This document shows positions 50,581 through 60,919 of a stretch of DNA of 64,000 nt, in pieces; the first letter of the stretch is position 1, and each line of letters opens with the position of its first letter. The notes under the pieces were generated by a model. The model ran no database searches. It was not told the origin of the DNA and saw only the letters and a program-made list of their open reading frames with translations. Made by a program: the position numbers and the translations under genes. Origin of the DNA: Lama glama (Eukaryota); NCBI GenBank assembly GCA_028534125.1, contig CM052818.1, forward strand, positions 31,498,001 through 31,562,000, written 5' to 3'.

Positions 50581-51859
50581 CTCGCTGAGGAGGGAGCCTC
50601 TGGCCGGCCAGTGCTCTTGGGACAGCAAAGCCACCCGAGGGGCAGCTTCTGATGGTGCTGGTCCAGGAGCTCCAGAGGGCAGAGAGCTGGAGGCCCGTCT
50701 GCCCCAGCAGGAGTCTGGGGAATTCCAGAAGGCACACACTGAAGGGGCCTCAGCCTGAGTCCCTGGTCCTGAGGCCTGTCCCACAGACACTGAACCTGGG
50801 CAGGGGCATGAGCCGCAGTGGGGTTGCAGTTGACCCACAGCTTTCTTTTATCATGTGCCTCCATGTCCATGGGATGCCTGGGAGGGCTGTTTCGTCAAAG
50901 CCCTCCCATACCAGACACTTGGCACTTCGACCTGGGACCTTGAGGTGGAATACCTGTGGAAGCAGCCTCCCAGTCAGAATTCACCTCACAAACTTAGACT
51001 TGGTGATGGAGCCTCAACGATGCCGTGAGGTCCTCCCAGGACAGGGCTGGAGCTGCGTTTCCCTCTGCATCTCCCGGAGCACTGAACACAGTGCCTTAGC
51101 CAAGCAGCTGCCCAATTATACGCATAGCATCAATCATGGACTGTTTGTATTACTACTAATGTATTTCCAAATCTTGTCCATGTAATTTCTAAACATGTTA
51201 GCATCACTGTAATGGTATGCAAGTGCTATTTGATTCTCAATATTTTTTCATTTGACATTATTTTATCTCTTGGGCACTTCAATGCATGATCCACATACTT
51301 GTCGCTGCTAATGGCCATGCTGGCTTCCAGGGTCCTGAGGTCCCACACGTTGTTTAAGCATTCCCTGAGTGCCAGGCATTTGGGTCGCCTCCAATGTTTG
51401 AACACTATAAATAACGCTGCTGGGCCACCTGGTTTCTCTCCCCTTCGCCTGGACACAGGGGTGGTGGGGGTTGGGTGGAATGGGGGTGGGGACCTCTTCT
51501 CTCCTGAATTCCTATTCCTATTCCTGGAAAGGCCTATTCTTCACATGGCTTCCTTGGGCTGGAGGTGACAGAGGCCTGTGTCTGCTGCTCTGTCACACAC
51601 AGGCCAGGGTCTCAGGCTGTCGTTGAGAGACTTCTTATCTGGCCTTGGTGCTCCAGGAATGGGAAAGGGTACGCAGCTGGCCAAAGCCTCTGGGCTTTGA
51701 ATCAGCAGGGCTCCCACTTTGAACTTTTTGCTTTGGAGCAGGCTTTTTGAATATAGTGGCTGTTGGACCATCTCATCAGACAGGCCCTGAGGAGAGATGC
51801 GGTAACAACACTTATGTTCTGGCAGGTTAGTTCAAATTTACACTCGGAGTCACACAGTT

Positions 51860-52020
51860 TGTCTGAGCTGAAAAGGAAACTTTCCATTTGTCCAATCCAA
51901 CCTTTCCATCTTACAGCTGAGGAAACTGAGGGCCAGAAAGGGGAAGTGATTTTCCAAGATCATTCAGCTATTATGGCCAGGTTGGACCAGGGGTCAGGAG
52001 GCTCCTTTACCTGGGCTGGG
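51860..52020 (-). mobile_element. MIR SINE
   Basis: catcttacagctgaggaaactgagggccagaaaggggaagtgattttccaagatca. Confidence 0.8.
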
Positions 52021-52264
52021 CCTTAGCATCCTCCAGTCTCCCCACTGGAGCATGTTTATGGATTGGACTACTCATCATAAGTAAGATGTCAATTCTCACA
52101 AACTGATCTATAGATTTAACATAATCCCAATCAAAATTACAGCAGAAGTCTTTGGAGATACAGGCAAGCAGATTCTAAAATTTATATGGGAAGCCTAAGC
52201 CAAAGCAACTTTGAAAAATAACGAAGTTGGAGACTCACATTATCTGACTTTAAGATGTACTATA

Positions 52265-52617
52265 GGAGGGGCCAAGATGGCAGAGTAGAGAGACTCACGG
52301 CTCACCCTCTCCCACAAGTACACCAAGAACTACATCTACAGATCCACTGAATCACACAGAACACCTACTGAACTCTGGCAGAGTATGTCTCTCACTTCAA
52401 AATACAGGAGGATTCCTCACAAAATCCAATAAACAACAAGTTTGTACTGTATAGCACAGGGAACTATATTTAATATCATGTAGTAACCTATGGTGGAAAA
52501 GAATATGAAAATGAGTATATGTATGTCCATGTATGACTGAAGCATTGTGCTGTACACCAGAAATTGACACAACACTGTAAACTGACTATACTTCAATAAA
52601 AAATATATACACAAAAA
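52265..52617 (+). mobile_element. Mini-L1: L1 5' UTR start (164 bp) fused to L1 3' UTR end (189 bp); candidate spliced retrocopy
   Basis: Begins ggaggggccaagatggcagagtag (YY1-type CAAGATGGC typical of L1 5' termini). From 52429 it matches the L1 3' UTRs at 365+ and 16220+. AATAAA at 52595. 13-bp TSD aagat(g/a)tactata at 52252-52264 and 52618-52630. Confidence 0.85.
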
Positions 52618-53719
52618 AAGATATACTATAAAGCTACAGAAATCATGGCAAGGTGGTGTTGATGAAAGAAAGAACAGAATAAAGTACTCAGAAACAGACC
52701 TACACAAGTATGATCAATTGATTTTTGAAAAAGTTGCAAAGGCAATTCAATGGAGAAAGGAGAGTCTTTTCAATGAATAGTGCTAAAACAATTCAACATT
52801 CTATAAAAAACAACAAACCTTGACCTATACTTCCAACCTTATACAAAAATGAACTAAAAATAGATCATAGATCTTAATGTAAAATGCATAACTATAAAAC
52901 CTCTTAGAAGATAACATAGGAGAAAAATCTTTGTGATCTTGGATTAGGCAGAGTTCTTAGACACAACAACAAATACATAATTGATAAAAGAAAAAAATCA
53001 ATAAATTGGACTTGAGCAAAATTAAACACTTTTACTCTTGTGGAAGATACCTTAAAGAGACAGAAAAAACTCCACAGACTATGGGAAAATATTTGCAGAT
53101 CATATATCAGATCACAGACTTGTATCTAGACTATACAAATAACTCAAATTCTAATAAGAAAAGAAAAAAAGAAAGAATAAGAAATACAGATAGCAAATAA
53201 GTACAGGAAATGTTCAACATCATTTGTCATTAAGGAAATGTAAATTAAAATCAGATGAGATAGCATCATATACCAATTAAAATGGCTAAAAATATTGACA
53301 TCACCAAGTGCTGCTGAGGATATGAAGCAACTGGAACTTGCAGACACTGCTGTAAAAGGGAATGCAAAGTGGCACAACCGCTCAGGAAAATAGTTTGGCT
53401 ATTTGCATATATTTACTATATGACCCAGCAACCCCACTTCTAGGTATTTATACTAATTTATACAAGAAAAATGAAAACTTAGGTTTACATAAAAACCTAT
53501 ACACAAATGTGTAAAACAGCTTTGTTCACAATTGCCCAAATCTGGACACAACCTAAATGTCCCTCATTGGGTGAATAGATGAACAGATTGTGGTAATTCA
53601 TGTAACAGGGTATGGTACCACTGGGCAGAAAGGAGATGCCAACCATCGATACATGCAACAACTTGGCTAAATCTCAAATACATGATAATAGATGAAAGAA
53701 GCCAGTCTCCAAGAGTTAC

Positions 53720-54266
53720 TATAGGGAAGGAAAATTAATTTTCCCTCTACATGCTTGAATTCTTGGCTGAGATCCCCTATAATAAAAAACAGAGTAACAA
53801 GAGAAAAACAAACAGAAGTTTATGAACATCTATACCTCCTGTATACACGGGAGATACCCAGGAAAACTGAGTAATTCCCTGAGATGACCCAAGTCACCAT
53901 CTTAAATACCACCATCAGTTAAAGACAAAAGAAAGAAGCTGGGGGTCAGGGAGGCTGGTTAAGGGAGGTTACCAGGAAAAGCATGGTAAACAAGGATAAG
54001 GTTTATTATACAGATTCAAGTCTTCCTTTCTCCATTGATAACTGTTTCTGGAGCTTTAGAGTCATCCTTCTCCTCCTGGTACAGAGAGGGAGATACCTTT
54101 GCAAATGGAGACTTCTTTTATAAATGTGAATGTCCCTTACAAAAGGGTAACTTCTACTCTGTTTTCAGAGCTTCTCATATGCCCGCTGTTTCTTAAAAGA
54201 ATCAGCTCAACATGATCCTTTTGACAAAGAGGCATACTTTGGGGTGGTATATTCTGCTACCCTTCA
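53720..54266 (-). mobile_element. ERV1-class solo LTR (MER34-like)
   Basis: Minus strand starts tgaagggtagcagaatataccaccccaaagtatgcctcttt. 4-bp TSD ttac at 53716-53719 and 54267-54270. Confidence 0.82.
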
Positions 54267-55155
54267 TTACACATGTTATCATTCCATGATATGACATTCT
54301 GGAAAAGGCGAAACTGCAGGGACAGAAAACAGACCAGAGGTTGCCAGGAGTTTGGGGTAGAGAAAGGGTCTGAATGCAAAGGGTTAGCATGAGGGAACTT
54401 TATAGTGTTGGAATTGTTCTTTATCTTGTCAGTGGCAATGGTTACAAGAATGTGCATGTGTTAAAACTCAGAGGTTGGGAAGGAAGGGGAAGTGGGGATT
54501 CTACTGGGCTCTGGGCTCAGGGTATCTCTCTACACCTCAGAGGGACTGATCACAAAAGGCAAGCTCAAGGCACTAAGGGGCTAGAGAAGTCATCAGATGG
54601 TCCAAACCAAAGGGAAACCAGACAGGGCTTCTGCATCAGGAGCTGGGTGTGAGGCGGGGGTTGGTCATGGGAACTTGGGGACATCTCTGCTACTTGTCCC
54701 AAAGCAGATTACAGAGCAATTCCAATAAAGCCAGCTAGGTGCCCATGCATCAGGGCCTAGAGCCCAGATTGGTTTCACAGTCTGGAGTGGTGGTGCCAGG
54801 CCTGCAAGTCAGGGTCTAGAGGCTCTGCTGGGGAACTGGAGTGAGGGAGAGGGCCAGGGAGCTGGGGGTGACATGATGTGGCCAGCTACGAGGAACACAT
54901 GTGTTGGGAGCAGCAGGGAGCGTGAGTCTAGAGTCGGATATTACCAGGGATGTGCACTGGGCCAGACTCTGCCCCTCCCCAGGTCAAGGTTGCTGTCTGT
55001 AGAATGAAGAAAGGAAAATCAAACTGGAAAGGTTCTTGTGAGCCTTAAATGACAGTAATCTACAAAGTGCCTAATACATAGGGGACAGGAAGGGGAGGAG
55101 CAGGGATGTAATTGGTTTAGCCGTTTGCTAAGGAGGCTGAAGGAAGAATGTAAAC

Positions 55156-55378
55156 CAGTGTTTCTCAAACTTGACTGAATATCAGAATCATGGAGCAGGT
55201 TGGGGTGGGGAGGGGGGTGGTGCCAAACCAGTGTGCTGCTTCCTACCCTTGGAATTTCTGAGTCTGTAGCTCTGGGGTAGGTTCTCAGATTTTGCATTTC
55301 TGACAAGTTCCCAAATGTTGCTGCTGCCGCTGCCTCCTCAGTAGTCCTGACCTGGAGATCACGCTTTGAGAACCACTG
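55156..55378 (-). mobile_element. MER5A hAT-Charlie element with TIRs
   Basis: TIRs cagtgtttctcaaa…tttgagaaccactg. 8-bp TSD at(g/a)taaac at 55148-55155 and 55379-55386. Confidence 0.88.
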
Positions 55379-55387
55379 ATATAAACA

Positions 55388-55795
55388 AGAGTTTGGACTT
55401 TTGAAGAGTGGTGGAAAATTCTGGTCCCACCACTTCCCAGCTCCAGGTCCTTGAACAACTTACTTAATTTCATTGTGTCTCAGTTTCTTCATGTATAAAA
55501 TAAGGATAGTTGTGCCTTAGGATTGTTGTGGGGTGTTGTAAAGATTAAATGAGTAAATGTGCTTAGAAGAGAACCCAATAAAATGTGAGCACCCGAAAAG
55601 GTCAGCTCTCAGTATGTGCTGGATTCTTAAAATACACGGTCTCGTTTAGTTGTCAAAAGACACTTAGAGGTTAATAGTGTCATTTCCATTTTGCAGATGG
55701 GGAAACACAGGGCCAGAAAGATGAGGGACACCAGAAAACTCATCAGAACCAGGGTTATGTCCTGAACCCAGGTCTTCCAGCTTTGTAGTTAAGGC
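55388..55795. mobile_element. Tail-to-tail MIR pair (+ about 55388-55610, - about 55620-55795)
   Basis: gtctcagtttcttcatgtataaaat; ccattttgcagatggggaaac. Confidence 0.78.
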
Positions 55796-57794
55796 TCATT
55801 ACATATCAGGTCTCACTGCTTCCTGGAGCCTGGTCCCCATCCTTTAAACTCCAAACCCTGGGAATGAATAACTGGGCCCTTAAGGCTGAGTGGAGGAGAA
55901 AGGAAATGGGAAGGAGAAGGCTCTGGAGGATGTTTGTCTGGGAACCTGGCACAGAACGACTCAGGATGCACGACAGTGGGCATTTTTGTGTCTACAGAGG
56001 CAGATATACGGGGTGACTCAACATCCTGCCCACACATTCCCTCTTTTCTCCTGGCTGTGCAACTGATTGAAGTCATCAGTGAGTGATGTGGCAGGTGCAA
56101 ACGGATCACCCACTGACAGTTTATACAGCCCTGGAGGACACCCCTACTCCCAGCCTAATATGGATAGAAAATCCAGCTACTGGACTACAGCATTAGCAAA
56201 CACAGCAACCCTTTGTGGGATGAATCAGAGCATCCCACTCACCCACATGGAACACAATGTCACAAGAAGTAAGGATCAAAAACAGCAAGTTCTTCTTGGT
56301 GCAGGGCAGGGTGGGGGCTCTCTGTATCCCCAAGTCCTAATTGCTATCAGTCGCCTTGCATTAAATGTTCGTGGACAACAGTGGAGATAGGGTGTAGGGT
56401 TAGCCCAACTGCTCGTCTGCCAGAGAGGAGACAAGCCATGCCAAGCACTCGATGGGTTTATAAATGAATGACTTCCATGGCATATTTGCAGCCAGATTGT
56501 GCTCCTGAATTCTGGATTCTTCTGCTCCCTGGTATAGAAGATATACCTCCTTGGGGGTCTCCTGGATTCCCCGGATTTACCATGCCCAAACTTCCTCTCA
56601 ATATCTTCTTCCTTCAAAGTTTGCTCTTTTTCCTGTCCCCACTGTCTCAGTGGATGACAGCATCCACTAAGCACCCAAGCCAGAGGCTCAGAGAGAAGCC
56701 AAGGTACACATTCTAATGTAAAGTTTACCCACGGCAGATGGTAGTCCTGAAGTGGGGTACACAGAGTCTCTCCCAGAAGAAGAGCACTTGGGACATCCTT
56801 GGCAGCTGCCTCACCATCCTTGACCCCTCGCCCAAGGAACGTCCTCAGCTCTGGTTGGTTCCCAGTTGCCCTGGCTCTGACCTGCCTCTTCCTAAGGGGA
56901 GTTGCCTGTGATTTGTAAATTAACCCTTATCTTAAATACCAAGCTGGAGGAATCAGCTCACAGGAGCTTTGGGATGATCTGATGATCACTGATGTAGAAT
57001 AGATACATTAGATATACTACAAGTCCTTCTTGACCAAGATGCCTGCAATTCATCCTCATTTTGTTCCTTGCCAGTTTCTTCTACTTGTTGACTGAGTTTC
57101 TACAGCAGGGTCTCCATCTCCAGCCCTGGATTCAGGGAGGGAACGAGAAATGGGGAGGCAGAGGGGACTGATGACAACTGGAATCCTGAAAAACCTTTTA
57201 GTCTGATGTCCATTTGCCCATGCTGGTCCCCCTTGCTTTTCTCTTCCCACGAAGGCCTCTAGGGCTCTTTCTCCTCTGAGAGGGGATAGAGTGAGAGATG
57301 GGGAGGGTATGGAAAGAGAAAGCACACGAGAAACTGAGAAATAAAGCCATACACCAGCTCTTCACATCCTCACAACTGAAGACTTCTGTCAACTTTTAGA
57401 TGCGGAAACAGTTAACATTAGAAGGAACAATGGAATGATTTGGAATGCCTCTGCTTGTAACAGGGAAAAAGAATGCATTGTTCAAATTTCTTAGCCTCTT
57501 TTTTTTTTTAATTTAAGAGATGTGGGCTATTCAAATATTTCCTCCCAAAAAAGCCTTTGGAAAATTCTACGAAGGTAACCACCTTTCAGTTATGTTTGTC
57601 GCAACTAGCTTTCGATGTGTGGTTTGTGTACTGCTGGATATAATGTAAAGCCAGAATCACCTCTGTGATGAACATTCTACACTCTTGCCCAGAAAAATGC
57701 ATTTTGATTATGCATTTCAACTTTGCATACATGGGGCAGGAGTTGGATCCTGTACAGTTACCCATGGCCACTAGGCTCACAAACTTAAAGAATC

Positions 57795-57930
57795 ATTCTC
57801 ATAGCCACTAAGAAGCTGAATGACCTTGAGCAAATCCTGGCCTGCAGTCTCAGGTTTCTCACCTGTGAAATGTGGAGCCCTGACTGGCAGATCAAGAAGG
57901 TCTCTCCTAGTTTTCATATTCTGATTCCAC
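57795..57930 (+). mobile_element. MIR (MIR3-like)
   Basis: tgaccttgagcaaatc…gtctcaggtttctcacctgtgaaatg. Confidence 0.7.
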
Positions 57931-58299
57931 ACTAATACTAGCGTGTGTGTGTGTGTGTGTGAAGTGGCTGAATTTAATAAATAATAAAATTACTACACTG
58001 TGTCTATTGTTTTCTGACTCAACCATTGCCTTAGAAGTCCCCACCAATACCCCTACCCTGCCTCTTTATGGGTCTAACCACTCCTTGGCATCAGCCCCTC
58101 TGGGAAGGGGCGTTCCCCTCAAAGAACCCAACTTCCCCTTCATGAACTTTTATGAATATTGTAGAAACATTTTTTTGTTTGTTTCAGTGGGAAACTACAG
58201 AAAAGCCTATCAGGTTATCAGATTCTACTATGCATTGTTTTTGAGCTATTTTGCAACGTTCTGTAAATTTTAAGTAACTGATAGATATGGTTGTCTCTG

Positions 58300-58635
58300 T
58301 CAATAGGTATTCACAGGGGACTGATTCCAGGACCCCAGCAGACAACAAAATCCATGGATACTCAATCCCTTATAAAAATGGCATAGTGTTCACATATAAC
58401 CTGCACACATCCTCCCATACACTTTAAATAATCTCTAGATTATTTGTACTACCTAATACAATGTAAATGCTATATAATTAGTTATAAACACAATGTAAAT
58501 GCTATGTAAATAGTTGCTGGTGTGCAGCAAATTCAAGTTTTGCTTTTGGAACTTTCTGAAATTAAAAAAATTTATATTTTAGATCTGCAGTTGGTTGAAC
58601 ACATGACATGGAGCCCAGGATAGGATGGCCAACTG
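58300..58635 (+). mobile_element. MER2/Tigger2-type TcMar non-autonomous DNA transposon
   Basis: ttccaggacccc…aaaatccatggatactcaa…catataacctgcacacatcctcccatacactttaaa…gttggttgaa…ggccaactg. Confidence 0.85.
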
Positions 58636-60919
58636 CAGGTAAATCCTGTCCTGCTAGAGATTTGATTTTCCTAAAACCAGTTTTATGTCCATTTAACTCC
58701 AATTCCTCTCAACATTCCTTTACCCAATATAAATCAGTGTGCTTTTGATTTTTCCTTTAAACATCTGCCTGTCTCCCTCACATCGTGAGGAAAATAAATT
58801 CCTGAACATGTACATTTTTATATCTGTATGCAAGTCATGGTTTTATCTTTCTCTGAAAACTATCTTCCAATAAGATATTGTCTCTTGTTAACCTTTTAGG
58901 AGACTGTTTCTATTTTTATTCCATCATTTGAATTCTGTTCTAGTTCAGTGCCTTCCTATCCTCAGCAATCACTCCTCTCTTCACCTCCCCTATTGAGGTG
59001 CAGAGTTAGTTCCCACTCATTTATTGCCCCTCCCAGAGTCCTCTGTTCGTTCCCCCTAGACTCGTACAGAATCAGGCTTGAACATATCCAGGCACTGCTG
59101 GAAACCAAATGTTTTGGGGTTTGTTATTTTGGAAGTTTCAGCTTCAGTGCTTAAGAAACACAGCCTGGGCATGTTTTGGTATTTGGAATCATTTAAGAGC
59201 TGCCTATTTGGTTCCAGGAGACAGAGACCACAGTTAGATTTTCCTGTCTTTGGAAGGCAGAGGTAGGGCCTGCATCTTTTCAGATAATTTGTATGACATC
59301 AGCTGTGGACAAAAATCATTTAACCCTTTGTTTCAGATTTTTTTCACTTTACAATAGAGGGGGTTTCATATGGAGCTGGCTCTCTGTTACCTTCAGTTAA
59401 TGTTTTTGTTTTTGTTTTTTGTGGCTTCCACTAAGAAATACAGCAAACCCCAAATGTTACTTTGCCAATATATTTAGCTGGCCTATTTGGGTATGCATGT
59501 ATGTGTGAAACACACTCAGAAGATAGAGGAAATGAGAGAATGCCCCAATAACTTGCAAACTGTATGAAGTATGATGCTTACACTTATAGTTTCCTTTTTC
59601 TTCAGCTGTCAGGTTTGAGCCCCAAACGTTTCTTATCCCAGGGGAAACACAAGCCCTTGTGGGCAGCCCAAGTTCATGGCTTTCCTGGGCCCCTGGCAGG
59701 ATGGAAAATACTTTGTTGCCTCGTTTGGGGGTCATCACCTGACAGCCTACACTTCATTTACTCTTGGTCACAGCCAAGGGAGGTAGGAGAGAAAGGAAGT
59801 GAATGCATCTCACTTGCTGAACTTTTTTTTCTTTTTCCTTTTTAATGTAACCCTTTCTTTACCCGGGTGTGGACAAAGTACATTGTAATCCCAGGAGCCA
59901 AGGTTACAACAACTCACTTGCTTAATGTTCTCAGATCTCCTGCCAGAAAACATGTTGCTGCTTCAAAAAAGGGGGAGGGGAAATAAAATGTATGGTAGGT
60001 AGCTCAGGGAGGAACATTTTCTTCTCAAAATCAGGATAGAGGATGAATCACAGATTGGGACTAAACAGAGTTACTATGGGCCTTGAGCACATTTCTCTGG
60101 ATAGCTCCATGAGAAATGGGGAGGCCATTTCAACATTTTATAAATTCTTCATTAACACTTTTTTTATTAGAGAGAGACAGACTTAATCCTAGACTAACAT
60201 AGGTACAGTACCAGAGATATTAATGTAATTTGAGGTATCATGGCATATTATAAAAATGTCATGCTATGAAAGATTCTAATTTGCCAAGCTCTACCGGGCA
60301 CAAGATGAGACACTTTCACAGGGAAATCTTCCCCTTGTATAGGAGAAAGTCTTTGATGTCATAGGAAGGAGAAATTGAGGATGTTCAGCATCTTGATTTG
60401 GATACTGATGTTCTTTAGAACCAGCAGAGGAAACAGTCCAGCAGACAGATACCCAGAAGGGAAGCATCAGGTTTTATGGTCCAGGCTCTGGCTCTTTCCT
60501 GGAATTAGCCCTCCGGTTCTGACAGAGAGACTCAGAAGAGGTGATCGGAAACTCCTGGCATCTGACAACCCCTCTGATGGCTTCACAGGGATCTCATTTC
60601 CTCTGACCCTACCAGAAGCCCGCAGAGGAAACCTCTGATCATTTCAGACTCATCCTTCTCCCTCTCACTGTGCCCACATGAAGCACCATCAATTCCAACC
60701 CTGACTGTTCTGATCCCTGGGTTGGCTGCTTCCTGAGCTCTGTCTTCTTCATTCTCTTGTCTAGAACAGCAGGGGGCTCTGCCCTGGGTCTCTCTCTGCT
60801 CTCCCCATCCTTTCCCTTCTACCTTCTAGATGCTGTTAGAGAGGTTTTCTTCAATGCAAATCCTATCATATCCCTCTCTTGCTTAAAAATCACTGGTGGC
60901 ACCTTACTGCCTGCCTCAA

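Larger units (their letters stand above)
52050..54470 (+). mobile_element. Old L1M (L1MC/MD-like) ORF2 3' half and 3' UTR, hosting two later insertions
   Basis: Decayed ORF2 (…gatctatagatttaacataatcccaatcaaaatt…tatctgactttaagatgtactata|aagctacag…) and 3' UTR (gaaagaagccagtct…acattctggaaaaggcgaaact). Confidence 0.85.

Noticed and set aside
50652..51185. 177-aa ORF, the longest in the track
   Set aside because: No recognisable homology, and its 3' part runs through L2 and L1 remnants.
58457..58515. Internal ~28-bp duplication (acaatgtaaatgctat…tagtt x2)
   Set aside because: It lies inside the Tigger element and, as I recall, is a feature of artiodactyl copies rather than locus-specific.
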